Positions 8,466 through 17,903 of a stretch of DNA of 64,000 nt are shown piece after piece. A model generated the notes under the pieces. The model did no database searches, was not told the DNA's origin, and saw nothing but the letters and a program-made list of their open reading frames with translations. Each line of letters begins with the position of its first letter. Positions within the stretch are counted from its first letter, which is position 1. The DNA comes from an uncultured Tepidisphaerales bacterium (GTDB lineage Bacteria; Planctomycetota; Phycisphaerae; Tepidisphaerales; Tepidisphaeraceae). Position numbers and translations under genes: made by a program. The stretch covers positions 21,303-85,302 of the forward strand of contig CAYLSV010000002.1 in NCBI GenBank assembly GCA_964386435.1, read 5' to 3'.

Positions 8466-11105
8466 ATGGCAATCAACATCCAACAGTTCACGCTCAAGGC
8501 CCAGGAGGCCGTCATGGCCGCTCAGGAGGCGGCGCAGTCGCGGGGCAACCCACAGATCGAGCCGGTGCACGTGCTCTCGGTCCTGCTGGGGCAGGAGGAG
8601 GGGGTGGTGCGGCCGGTGCTGCAGAAGGTGGGGGCCGATCTGCCGTCGCTGTCGGCGGCGCTGGACAAGAAGCTCGCCGCGCTGCCCCAGGCCAGCGGCG
8701 GGCAAACGGGCATGGCGGCGAAGTCGCAGGAGGTCTTCCGCACCGCCCACCAGGAGGCCGAGGCGATGCGGGACGAGTACGTCTCCACCGAGCACGTCCT
8801 GCTGGCACTCTTGAAGGTGGAGTCCGACGCCGCCACGCTGCTCAAGCAGAGCGGCGTCGCCCGCGACAAGCTGATGGCCGCCCTCACCGAGGTCCGCGGC
8901 AACCAGCGGGTGACCGACCAGGACCCCGAGGCGAAGTACCAGGCGCTGGAGAAGTACGCCAAGGACCTTTGCCAATTGGCCAAGCAGGGCAAGATCGACC
9001 CGGTAATCGGCCGCGACGAGGAAATCCGCCGCACCATGCAGGTGCTGGCGCGGCGGACCAAGAACAACCCGGTCCTCATCGGCGAGCCGGGCGTCGGCAA
9101 GACGGCCATCGTCGAGGGGCTGGCCGTCCGCATCGTCAACGGCGACGTGCCGGAAACGCTCAAAGACAAGAAGGTCGTCGCGCTCGACCTCGGCGCGCTC
9201 TTGGCCGGGGCGAAGTATCGCGGCGAGTTCGAGGAACGCCTGAAGGCGGTCGTGCAGGAGGTTTCCCGCAGCGACGGGCGGATCATCCTGTTCATCGACG
9301 AGCTGCACACCATCGTCGGCGCCGGCAAGACGGAGGGTTCGCCCGACGCCGGCAACCTGCTCAAGCCGGCTTTGGCCCGCGGCGAGTTGCGGTGCATTGG
9401 CGCAACGACGCTCGCCGAGTACCGCAAGCACGTCGAGAAGGACGCAGCCCTGGAGCGCCGGTTCCAGCCGGTCTACGTCGGCGAGCCGAGCGTCGAGGAC
9501 ACGCTCTCGATCCTCCGCGGCATCAAGGATCGCTACCAAGCCCACCACGGCATCCGCATCACCGACGGCGCGCTCGTCGCCGCGGCCCAGCTTTCGGACC
9601 GCTACATCGCCGACCGTTTCCTGCCCGACAAGGCCATCGATTTGATCGACGAGGCCGCCAGTCGGTTGCGGATCGAGAATGACTCGATGCCGCAGGAGAT
9701 CGACGAGCTCCGCCGGCAGATCATGCAAAAGCAGATCGCCGTCGAGGCGCTCAAGAACGAGAAGGACGACGCCAGCAAGGGCCAGGTCGAGGCAATCAGC
9801 AAGGAGCTGGCCGAGCTTCAGGAGCGCGACCGCGAACTCACCGCCCGCTGGCAGAACGAGAAGGACGTGCTCGACACCGTCAAAACGGCCCAGGAACAGC
9901 TCGACGCCAAGCAGATCGAGCTGGAGCAGGCCCAGCGGCGGGGCGACCTGGAGTCGGCCGCGAAGATCCAATACGCCGAGCTGCCCGAGCTGCGCAAGAA
10001 GATCGCCGAGGCCGACGAGCGGTTCGGCGAGCTGACGGCCCGCGGCGAGGCGCTGGTCAAGGAGGAGATCGATGCCGAGGCCGTCGCCGAGATCGTCAGC
10101 CGCTGGACCGGCATCCCGGTGAGCCGCATGCTCGAGGGCGAGCGGGACAAGCTGCTCAAAATGGAGGACCGCTTGCACGCCCGCGTCATCGGCCAGCACG
10201 AGGCCGTCCGCGCCGTGAGCGACGCCGTTCGCCGCAGTCGCGCCGGGCTCGGCGACCCCGACCGGCCGATCGGCAGCTTCCTGTTCCTCGGCCCCACCGG
10301 CGTCGGCAAAACGGAGCTTTGCAAGGCCCTCGCCCAGTTCCTGTTCGACGACGCGAACGCCATGGTCCGCATCGACATGAGCGAGTTCATGGAGCCCCAC
10401 AGCGTCGCCCGCCTGATCGGTGCACCCCCTGGCTACGTCGGCTACGAAGAGGGCGGCCGCCTGACCGAGAGCGTCCGCCGCCGGCCCTACAGCGTGATCC
10501 TGTTCGACGAGATCGAGAAGGCCCACCGCGACGTGTTCAACGTGCTGCTGCAGGTCCTCGACGACGGCCGCCTGACCGACGGGCAGGGCCGCACCGTCGA
10601 CTTCAAGAACACCGTCATCGTCATGACGAGCAACCTCGGCAGCGACAAGATTCAGGAACTGACGAAGGACGGCGCCCCCGACTTCGAGGTCGAGGCGGCC
10701 GTGAAGGACGTGCTCAAACTCGCCTTCCGCCCGGAGTTCCTCAACCGCATCGACGACACGATCGTCTTCGAGCCGCTCAGCCGCGAGCACCTCACCGGCA
10801 TCGTGAAGATCCAGCTCGAACGCCTGGAGCAACGTTTGGCCGACCGCGATCTGAAGCTGACCCTCACCGAGGCCGCCGTCAAGCAGCTCGGCGACGAAGG
10901 CCACGACCCGCAGTACGGCGCGCGCCCGCTCAAGCGGGTCATCCAGCAACGCATCGAGAACCCGCTGGCCCAGCGCATCCTGGACGGCCAGTACCCGCCA
11001 GGCACCACCGTGCGGATCGACGCCGACCAAGCCAGCGGCCACTTCACGTTCGACACGGCGAACGAGCAAGTTGAGGGCGAAGAGGTGAGTGAGGAGGCGG
11101 CGTAG
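8466..11105 (+). CDS. clpB: ATP-dependent chaperone/disaggregase ClpB
   Basis: 879 aa. Clp_N repeats, two AAA+ modules ([16 protein letters not shown]), a long coiled-coil middle domain and the GARPLKR signature. Confidence 0.97.
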   Translation: MAINIQQFTLKAQEAVMAAQEAAQSRGNPQIEPVHVLSVLLGQEEGVVRPVLQKVGADLPSLSAALDKKLAALPQASGGQTGMAAKSQEVFRTAHQEAEAMRDEYVSTEHVLLALLKVESDAATLLKQSGVARDKLMAALTEVRGNQRVTDQDPEAKYQALEKYAKDLCQLAKQGKIDPVIGRDEEIRRTMQVLARRTKNNPVLIGEPGVGKTAIVEGLAVRIVNGDVPETLKDKKVVALDLGALLAGAKYRGEFEERLKAVVQEVSRSDGRIILFIDELHTIVGAGKTEGSPDAGNLLKPALARGELRCIGATTLAEYRKHVEKDAALERRFQPVYVGEPSVEDTLSILRGIKDRYQAHHGIRITDGALVAAAQLSDRYIADRFLPDKAIDLIDEAASRLRIENDSMPQEIDELRRQIMQKQIAVEALKNEKDDASKGQVEAISKELAELQERDRELTARWQNEKDVLDTVKTAQEQLDAKQIELEQAQRRGDLESAAKIQYAELPELRKKIAEADERFGELTARGEALVKEEIDAEAVAEIVSRWTGIPVSRMLEGERDKLLKMEDRLHARVIGQHEAVRAVSDAVRRSRAGLGDPDRPIGSFLFLGPTGVGKTELCKALAQFLFDDANAMVRIDMSEFMEPHSVARLIGAPPGYVGYEEGGRLTESVRRRPYSVILFDEIEKAHRDVFNVLLQVLDDGRLTDGQGRTVDFKNTVIVMTSNLGSDKIQELTKDGAPDFEVEAAVKDVLKLAFRPEFLNRIDDTIVFEPLSREHLTGIVKIQLERLEQRLADRDLKLTLTEAAVKQLGDEGHDPQYGARPLKRVIQQRIENPLAQRILDGQYPPGTTVRIDADQASGHFTFDTANEQVEGEEVSEEAA

Positions 11106-11120
11106 GCGTCGACAAGCCGA

Positions 11121-11229
11121 GGTAGCTGCGGCCCCGCGGGCCGCAGTGGGGGCGTCGAGGCCCCTGAGCGTTGTAGATTGCTTCGGTCGTCGAACATCGC
11201 CACTGCGGCCCGCGGGGCCGCAGCTACCT
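11121..11229. repeat. Family-A double-hairpin palindromic element
   Basis: GGTAGCTGCGGCCCCGCGGGCCGCAGTGG (11121-11149), a 50-nt spacer, then its reverse complement CCACTGCGGCCCGCGGGGCCGCAGCTACC (11200-11228). Confidence 0.8.
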
Positions 11230-11274
11230 CACACCGTTCGATTGCTCTCGTCCTTCGCTCGTTATCATCCCATC

Positions 11275-11922
11275 ATGGCCGCAAGGCTCACGCCCCCGGT
11301 CGCCTCGACGCCGACCCCGCCCGCGCAGGGCCGGCGGTTTGCCAACAACCGCGAGTTCGTCGACGCCCTGGGCGGCATCCCGCTGGAGCGCATCGTCTTC
11401 AACCCCTGGCCCGGCACGGCCACGGAGCAAGACTGCCTCCAGTACGGCGAGCGGCACAAACCGACCGAGATGATCGACCACACACTGGTGGAGAAGGACA
11501 CGGGATTTCGGGAAGGGAATGTCGCCGCAAAACTCATCTCGCACATGCGGCCGTATGCCAGGCAGCACAACCTTGGTCTAGTGAATGGGGCCGACGCACA
11601 GATGCGTGTCGCCGGCGGCAACATCCGCTTGCCCGACGTCACCTTCACCCGCAATGCTCGTCTGCCCATCCGCGATGAGCCGGTGCCGACGTTGTCGCCG
11701 GACCTCATCGTCGAGGTTCTCAGCGAGAGCAACACGCCCGCCGAGATCGACCGCCGCCGGCGCACCGTCGCCATCCACCGCCACGAGGTCGGCCCCGCCG
11801 CCGTGCTAACCGACACCGACGCCCTTGACGGCGAGGACGTCCTGCCCGGCTTTACCGTCACTTTGGCCGATCTGCTCGCCGGCATCCCAACCGACGCGGC
11901 TGGTTCCGATCGAGACTCGTAG
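11275..11922 (+). CDS. Uma2 (DUF820) family PD-(D/E)xK endonuclease
   Basis: NNREFVDALGGIPLERIVFNP...PDVTF...PDLIVEVLSESNTPAEIDRR...LDGEDVLPGFTVTLADLL is the typical Uma2 layout. The stop TAG (11920-11922) lies inside the downstream repeat. Confidence 0.8.
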   Translation: MAARLTPPVASTPTPPAQGRRFANNREFVDALGGIPLERIVFNPWPGTATEQDCLQYGERHKPTEMIDHTLVEKDTGFREGNVAAKLISHMRPYARQHNLGLVNGADAQMRVAGGNIRLPDVTFTRNARLPIRDEPVPTLSPDLIVEVLSESNTPAEIDRRRRTVAIHRHEVGPAAVLTDTDALDGEDVLPGFTVTLADLLAGIPTDAAGSDRDS

Positions 11923-12025
11923 CTGCGGGCTGACAGCCCGCAGTGGAAACGTACAGCGACTTGCGTGTAGCGATGAATACTTGTGCGTTGAGCGCCGCCA
12001 CTGCGGGCTGTCAGCCCGCAGCTAC
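11919..12025. repeat. Family-A double-hairpin palindromic element
   Basis: GTAGCTGCGGGCTGACAGCCCGCAGTGG (11919-11946), a 51-nt spacer, then CCACTGCGGGCTGTCAGCCCGCAGCTAC (11998-12025). Confidence 0.85.
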
Positions 12026-12075
12026 ATCGTCGTGCTCGGACTTCAGGAAGGCGCGGGTCTTGCTGACGTTTTCGC

Positions 12076-13056
12076 ATGACCGATGCCGAGCGTGATGCTG
12101 CCGTGACGATGCTGGGGGAGGCCGTGGCGGTGTTGCCGCACACGGATGCGGATGGGCTCTCGGCGGGAGCCATCGCGTTGCGGCATCGCGGGGAGGCGGC
12201 GGTCCATGCCGTGCTGCTGGGGCGGGGGGCGAACCCGTACACCGTTGAGCTGCCGGCGGGGGTGGTGGCGATTCTGGATCAGGGCGTGCGGCGGTTGGAG
12301 CGGCCGGCGCTGTTTGTGGATCACCATGCGCCCGAGGCCGAGGCGGGCGTGGGGCAGATTGTCGTCAGTGGGTTCGGCGAGACGCCGACGCCGAGCACGT
12401 CGGCTCTCATGCGGCGGCTGTTGCCGGACGCGCCGGCGTGGCTGGCGGCGGTCGGGGCGTGCGGCGATTATGGCGACGCCGGGCTGCAGCTGCCCGAGTG
12501 CCAGCCGAGCGAGGGCGAGAAGTTGGTGAAGACGCACGTCAAGAAGCTCGTCAGCCTCGTCAACGCGCCGCGGCGGTTGCCCAACGACCCGGCCAAACCG
12601 ATCGAGCCGCACCCGGCCGTCCGCACGGCGCTGGCGCTGCTCGTCGAGCACGACAGCCCGAAGGCCGCCCTCGCCGACGAGCGCATTGCCGAACTCGACG
12701 ACGCGAAAAAGCAGTACCGCGCCGGCTTCGACGCGGTGATCAAGACGGCCCCGAAGGTCGGCGACGAGGTGGCCCTCATCCGCTTCAGCAGCCCGTATCA
12801 GGTCCACCCGCTCGTCGCCCAAACCTGGCTTCGCCGCCTGCCCGGCAAGGCTGTCCTGGCGGCCAATGACGACTACCTGCCCGGCCGCGTCAACTTCGCC
12901 CTCCGCGGCGGCGACGGCCGCGACCTCCGCCAACTGCTCAAAGACGCCCTGCCCGACCAACGCGGCGAATACGCCCACGGCCACCCCGGCGCCACCGGCG
13001 GCAGCCTGACGTTCGAGGAGTTCAACAACCTCCTTGCCGCCCTCGGCTTGGCGTGA
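12076..13056 (+). CDS. DHH/DHHA1 family phosphoesterase
   Basis: HTDADGLSAG, VDHH and C-terminal GHPGATGG (DHHA1 GGGH-like) motifs. Confidence 0.8.
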   Translation: MTDAERDAAVTMLGEAVAVLPHTDADGLSAGAIALRHRGEAAVHAVLLGRGANPYTVELPAGVVAILDQGVRRLERPALFVDHHAPEAEAGVGQIVVSGFGETPTPSTSALMRRLLPDAPAWLAAVGACGDYGDAGLQLPECQPSEGEKLVKTHVKKLVSLVNAPRRLPNDPAKPIEPHPAVRTALALLVEHDSPKAALADERIAELDDAKKQYRAGFDAVIKTAPKVGDEVALIRFSSPYQVHPLVAQTWLRRLPGKAVLAANDDYLPGRVNFALRGGDGRDLRQLLKDALPDQRGEYAHGHPGATGGSLTFEEFNNLLAALGLA

Positions 13057-13083
13057 GTCGCGGCCGGCCGGACCTCCGCCGCG

Positions 13084-13782
13084 TCACGCCTCGACACTGT
13101 ATTCCTGCACCAGCTCGGCAGTTGCGTCGTGATCCTCCACGAGCTTGCCCCGGCCGTCGACGCGGAACAGGCCCTGCTCGTAGCACTCGATGACGAACGC
13201 GAGGAAATCCTCGAACGACGGGAAGAACACGAACTCGGCCGTTTCGGTGAAGTGGAAGAAGAACGACCCCGGCCGGCGTCGGCGGGCCGGGTCGTAGAAG
13301 TAGCCGTCGCCCGCCCCGTCCGGCAGCACGTCGAGCCAGTCGAGCCTGTGGGCGATAAACCACCACCCGATTACCCGGCCGATCCACGGCGTATCGCCCG
13401 GCTGCCGCATCGCCTGCCGCCGCTCGACCACCTCGCCCAGCGGCGGGAACCGATGCCCCGGAACCAACGCGACGCCCTCGGCGCCGCCGTCGCGCCAGCC
13501 GTAGAGCGCCCGCAGCGCCGGGGTGAGGCGGAAGCCGTGTTGCCGCTCGAGGCGGTCGATCCCGGCGGGCTCCAGCCCCGGATCGAGCGCCGCCAGCACG
13601 TCGGGGGCCCGCTCGGCCAGCACCTCTTCAAGCTCCCGCAGCAGCGTCGACACTTCGCCGCGCCCGGTCGTCGGCCAGCGGCCGGGCACCGGGTAAAACA
13701 TCCGCCGCTGGGCGAGTTTCGCCAGGATGACGAGGATCACGACGCCGACCAGCGTGCCCAGGACGACGTTGAGGATGTCCAT
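13084..13782 (-). CDS. Membrane-anchored SMI1/KNR4 family protein
   Basis: N-terminal TM helix, then IDRLERQHGFRLTPALRALYGW and a C-terminal F/Y/D-rich region typical of SMI1_KNR4 domains. Confidence 0.65.
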   Translation of the reverse strand: MDILNVVLGTLVGVVILVILAKLAQRRMFYPVPGRWPTTGRGEVSTLLRELEEVLAERAPDVLAALDPGLEPAGIDRLERQHGFRLTPALRALYGWRDGGAEGVALVPGHRFPPLGEVVERRQAMRQPGDTPWIGRVIGWWFIAHRLDWLDVLPDGAGDGYFYDPARRRRPGSFFFHFTETAEFVFFPSFEDFLAFVIECYEQGLFRVDGRGKLVEDHDATAELVQEYSVEA

Positions 13783-13867
13783 GGAACCATCTTACAAGCC
13801 GGACGCCCACCGCGGGATCAGCCCCGCCGCCACGCAACGGAGGTACGGCGGCTCGCTCGCTGCCCGC

Positions 13868-14545
13868 TTACTCCGCGACCATCGCCGTCCACCGCTCGCT
13901 CGGCAGGCGGGCGAGGATTTCGAAGGTCTCGCCGTTGGGCCGCAGGACATAGGCGACGCCTTGCGGGGCGGGGTAGATGCCGGTGGCGGCCTCGAACGGG
14001 TCGTCGTGGCCGACGAGGACGGTGTTCTGGCCGGCGTTGGGGACGGCCGTCATCAGCGGCATGACGCGGGCGCGGACGGTTGCCACCTGCTCCGGCGTGT
14101 ACTCCTCGGCGGGCCAGAAGTTGAGGGCGGGGTTCTTCTCGTACCGACCGAACGCCAGGTCGGCGGTCTGCCAGGCACGAAAGTACTCGCTGCTGATCAC
14201 ATCGCCGACTGGGATGTCGAGTGCCCCAAACGCCTCGCCGATCGCCTTGGCCTGGTGCCAACCCGCTTCGCTGAGCACGCGTTGGGTGCTGCCGTCGTTG
14301 ACGTCGGCGGTCACTTGGTCCGCGTAGTCCTTCTCGGTCTGGGCATGGCGGAAAAAGATGACGTGGCCGCCGTCACGGAGGGCGTCGAGCAGGGCGGCGT
14401 CGTCAAGCACGTTCTCGAACGTGTCGTTGGCGTACTCGGCGGGCGAGACGTCGGCCGGCCGCGTCGCCGGCGCAGCCCCGGCAAGGGCCAACGCGGCAAG
14501 GAGCAGTGCGGGGCGGGCGACGGCATTGAAGCGGAGGTGGATCAT
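13868..14545 (-). CDS. Secreted histidine phosphatase family protein
   Basis: Start moved to ATG 14545 (MIHLRFN..., signal peptide). VIFFRHAQT catalytic RH motif and a later GHD. Confidence 0.75.
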   Translation of the reverse strand: MIHLRFNAVARPALLLAALALAGAAPATRPADVSPAEYANDTFENVLDDAALLDALRDGGHVIFFRHAQTEKDYADQVTADVNDGSTQRVLSEAGWHQAKAIGEAFGALDIPVGDVISSEYFRAWQTADLAFGRYEKNPALNFWPAEEYTPEQVATVRARVMPLMTAVPNAGQNTVLVGHDDPFEAATGIYPAPQGVAYVLRPNGETFEILARLPSERWTAMVAE

Positions 14546-14730
14546 GTTCGCGATGTATAACTGCGATGGCGTCTCATCACAAGCGGACGCACCTCCATTG
14601 GGCAACATTGTCGCATGGCAGTCACGGTCGACCGACCCGTCGTATCGCTGTGCCCGGCCACAAGCCGAGTGCATCGGCGCCCCCCGCGGCGTTATGGTGA
14701 GGCATGTGCTGCGCGGCGTGGTTGCGGCAG

Positions 14731-15321
14731 CTACTTGTCAGCCGCGAGGCGTTGGGCGAGCTGTTGGCGGAGCACGCCCGCATCCCGGGCAAGCTCGAAG
14801 GCCTCGTCGCTGCCGAGCCACTTGAGGAGGTCGGGCCGGCTTGCCGCCACCAGCCGCGGGCGCCACTCGGCCATGATGGTGGCGAGGGTCAGGTACCGGG
14901 GATCGAGGCTTGCCACGAGGTCGCGGCGCAAGCGGGCGGAGAGGGCGGCGCCGGCGGCGGAGGCGGCGATCAGCAGGTCACCTTCCTGCCACGCGGCCAA
15001 CGCCCGGAAGTCGCTCGCGCCGGCGTCGACGCGGTTGACCAGGATGCCGCGGGCATGGCATCGTGCCACGATGTCGGCGTTCACGGCCGGGTCGTCGGTG
15101 GCGGCGAAGGCGAGGCGGATGCCGTCGAGGTCGAAGGGCTCGAACGGCCGCGCGATTTGCCGGAATCCGGCGGGCAGATCGGCGGGCATGTCGGGTGAGA
15201 CGATGGCCACGTCCGCCCCGTTTTCGTGCAGTTGCCGCGCCTTGCGAACGCCCACCGGGCCGGCCCCGACGACGAGGCACGGCCAGCCGCGGACGTTCAA
15301 AACGATCGGCAAGCCGTCCAT
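14731..15321 (-). CDS. Precorrin-2 dehydrogenase/sirohydrochlorin ferrochelatase (SirC/CysG N-terminal type)
   Basis: LVVGAGPVGVRKARQL Rossmann motif and about 196 aa. The layout matches siroheme synthase N-terminal domain proteins. Confidence 0.8.
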   Translation of the reverse strand: MDGLPIVLNVRGWPCLVVGAGPVGVRKARQLHENGADVAIVSPDMPADLPAGFRQIARPFEPFDLDGIRLAFAATDDPAVNADIVARCHARGILVNRVDAGASDFRALAAWQEGDLLIAASAAGAALSARLRRDLVASLDPRYLTLATIMAEWRPRLVAASRPDLLKWLGSDEAFELARDAGVLRQQLAQRLAADK

Positions 15322-15348
15322 GCGGCGAGGGTATTGCTACGGTCGGGC

Positions 15349-16260
15349 ATGAGCGATCTCCCGCGCCGCAAACTTGGTAAAACCGGTCACGACGTCTCGG
15401 TCCTCGGGTGGGGCGGCGCCCCGGCGAGTTTCCTGCGGGCCGATCAGGAGAAGACGGCCCAGACGCTGAACACGCTGCTGGATGCCGGGGTGAACCTGAT
15501 CGACCAGGCGACGATGTACCGCGGCGGCCACGAGTTCATGGGCGAGCACTTCGCCGATCGGCGGGACGATTTCGTGCTCGTCAGCAAGGTCGGGGCGATG
15601 TCCGGCGGCAAGCACGACTGGACCGAGGCTGGCATCAAGCAACACGTCGACGACGCGCTGGTTGCGATGAAGACCGACCGGATCGACGTGATGCTGCTGC
15701 ACAGCTGCCCGATGGACGTGTTGGAGGCCGACGAGGCGCTGGGGGCGCTGGTCGAGTGCCGGGAGGCGGGCAAAATCGTCCACTGCGGCTACAGCGGCGA
15801 CAACGACGAGGCCGCCTTCGCCTGCCGGTTGCCGGACGTGGCGGTGCTGGAGACGAGCGTGAGCTTGGTGGATCAGGCGAACCTCGACGCCGGCATCGAA
15901 AAGGCGACGCAGCACGACGTGGGCGTGATCGCCAAGCGGCCGATCGCCAACGCGGCATGGAAGGACTTGGCCGACCAGCAGGGCATTTACAAGCAGTACG
16001 CGAAGGATTACACCGAGCGGCTGGCGAAGATGGACGTCAAGCCCGGCGACTTCGGCTGCGATGATTGGCCGGAGCTGGCGTTCCGGTTCACCCTCGCCCA
16101 GCCGATCACCACGGCGATCATCGGCACCACCAACGCCGAGCACGCCGAAGCCAACGTCGCGGCGGTGAAGAAGGGCCCGCTGCCGGTTGACGCGGTCGCT
16201 CAAATCAAGCAGGCCTACGAGACGGCCCGCGGCGACGCGGATTGGCCCGGTTTGACTTGA
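15349..16260 (+). CDS. Aldo/keto reductase
   Basis: Start at ATG 15349 (MSDLPRRKLGKTGHDVSVLGWGG). NLIDQATMY, LLHSCP and IIGTTN motifs. Confidence 0.85.
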   Translation: MSDLPRRKLGKTGHDVSVLGWGGAPASFLRADQEKTAQTLNTLLDAGVNLIDQATMYRGGHEFMGEHFADRRDDFVLVSKVGAMSGGKHDWTEAGIKQHVDDALVAMKTDRIDVMLLHSCPMDVLEADEALGALVECREAGKIVHCGYSGDNDEAAFACRLPDVAVLETSVSLVDQANLDAGIEKATQHDVGVIAKRPIANAAWKDLADQQGIYKQYAKDYTERLAKMDVKPGDFGCDDWPELAFRFTLAQPITTAIIGTTNAEHAEANVAAVKKGPLPVDAVAQIKQAYETARGDADWPGLT

Positions 16261-16283
16261 GCACTCTCCGCTCGTCGTTGGCA

Positions 16284-16306
16284 CCCCCACCGCTGCGTAG
16301 CAGCGG
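16284..16306. repeat. Family-B repeat, single (half) copy
   Basis: CCCCCACCGCTGCGTAGCAGCGG is identical to the first 23 nt of the 18923 element. Lies between convergent genes. Confidence 0.55.
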
Positions 16307-16378
16307 GACTGCGTGGCAATTGGGGTGTTAGCGACGATCGGACGCGTGCGGTGCCCACGTGGGGTGAGCACTCGTGGT

Positions 16379-17251
16379 TCAGTCCGTGAAGCGGAAGCGG
16401 ATGATCGCGAGGATGGCTTTGATGCCGTCCTTCCAGGTGATTTTTTTGCCCTCCTCGTAGCTGCGGCCGTAGTAGGCGATGCCGACCTCGTAGATGCGCA
16501 GGCGGGGGCGCATCTTGGCGATTTTGGCCGTCACCTCCGGCTCGAAGCCGAAGCGGTCGCACTTGAGGTCCAAACGGCGCAGCACGTCGGTTTTGAACAC
16601 CTTGTAGCAGACCTCCATGTCGGTCAGGTTCAGGTTGGTGAACATGTTCGACATGGTCGTCAGGAACCGATTGCCCATCGAGTGCCAGAAGTACAGCACG
16701 CGGTGCGGCTCGCCGATGAACCGGCTGCCGTAAACCACGTCGGCCCGGCCTTCGAGGATCGGGCCCAGCAGCTTGGGGTAATCCTGCGGGTCGTACTCCA
16801 TGTCGGCGTCCTGCACGAGCACCACCTCGCCCCCGGCCACCTCGAACCCGCGCCGCAGGGCCGCGCCCTTGCCGCGGTTCTCGGGCTGGTGGTAGATGCG
16901 GAACTCGGTGTCGGGAAACAGCGTCGGCAGCTCGTCGAGCTTGGCGGCCGTGCCGTCCTTGGAGGCGTCGTTGACGCAGATGATCTCGCGGCCCACGCCC
17001 TCGGGCAGCGGGGCGTCGACGACCAGCTTCACCAGCGTCTGGACCGTCTCGGCCTCGTTGTAGACCGGGATGACGATCGACAACTTCGTGATGACCGGAG
17101 CTTTCACGGCAAGGTGCTCGGGCACGTCGGGAGCCGCGACCACCGGGGCGGGAGTTCGCTGGCGGGTTATCTCGGCCATCACCGGCCGGGCCGGAGCGGG
17201 GGAACGGCGGGCGAGATCGGGCGCGGTATCGGCGGGGGCAACAGACGGCAT
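16379..17251 (-). CDS. Family 2 glycosyltransferase (polyprenyl-phosphate sugar synthase-like)
   Basis: LSIVIPVYNE, VNDASKDGT, QDADMEYDP (DxD) and a C-terminal GxxYEEGKKI. The start position is uncertain. Confidence 0.85.
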   Translation of the reverse strand: MPSVAPADTAPDLARRSPAPARPVMAEITRQRTPAPVVAAPDVPEHLAVKAPVITKLSIVIPVYNEAETVQTLVKLVVDAPLPEGVGREIICVNDASKDGTAAKLDELPTLFPDTEFRIYHQPENRGKGAALRRGFEVAGGEVVLVQDADMEYDPQDYPKLLGPILEGRADVVYGSRFIGEPHRVLYFWHSMGNRFLTTMSNMFTNLNLTDMEVCYKVFKTDVLRRLDLKCDRFGFEPEVTAKIAKMRPRLRIYEVGIAYYGRSYEEGKKITWKDGIKAILAIIRFRFTD

Positions 17252-17497
17252 GGTAACAAATGGCGGGCGACCCGATGCTAGCAGTTCCGCCCGTCGCGGG
17301 GCCAGCAGGGCGGGCTGCGGCGACGGCTTGTGGCGGGGCCGCCGCCGGGCGGGGGCGGTCGTGCCGGTTGCAGCGTCTGCGTGACATTACACGGTTTCTT
17401 CCACGGCGGCAGTTGCGGCAAACGCCCGCTGCGGTCAAGCTGTCGCCAGTTGGGGCGCGTTGGTGCAACCTGGCCGCGGAACCTTGTGGAGACGTCG

Positions 17498-17902
17498 ATG
17501 AGCGTGCAAAGCGTGCAGATGGAGTTGAGCAAAATCGTCATCAGCGAGGAGGCCGACCAGCAGGTGATCATCCTCCGCGAGGTCGACGGCGACCGGCAGT
17601 TCCCGATCGTCATCGGCTCGCAGGAAGCCTTGGCCATCAACCGCCGCCTGCTCGGCGAGGCCCCGCCTCGGCCGCTGACGCACGATCTGCTCGCCGACGC
17701 CATCGACCAGCTCGGCGGCGTTGTCGCCCGCACCGAGGTGACCCATTTGCGGCACCACACCTTCTTCGCCCGCATCCACCTCCGCCGCCCCGACGGCACC
17801 ACCGTCGAGCTCGACTGCCGCCCGAGCGACGCGATCGCCCTGGGCGTTGCGAAAATGGTCCCGATCTTCGTGGCCGAGGACGTGCTGGAGGAGGTGTGCT
17901 GA
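17498..17902 (+). CDS. Bifunctional nuclease (BFN/DUF151) family protein
   Basis: Start ATG 17498. VIILREVDGDRQFPIVIG, RPLTHDL and CRPSDAIALG motifs. Confidence 0.85.
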   Translation: MSVQSVQMELSKIVISEEADQQVIILREVDGDRQFPIVIGSQEALAINRRLLGEAPPRPLTHDLLADAIDQLGGVVARTEVTHLRHHTFFARIHLRRPDGTTVELDCRPSDAIALGVAKMVPIFVAEDVLEEVC

Positions 17903-17903
17903 G

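Noticed and set aside
8412-11069. 885-aa ORF antisense to clpB
   Set aside because: It exactly mirrors the clpB reading frame. Its sequence is dominated by L/A/G/V/R/D runs with no motifs, which is typical of a shadow ORF in high-G+C DNA. clpB itself is unambiguous.
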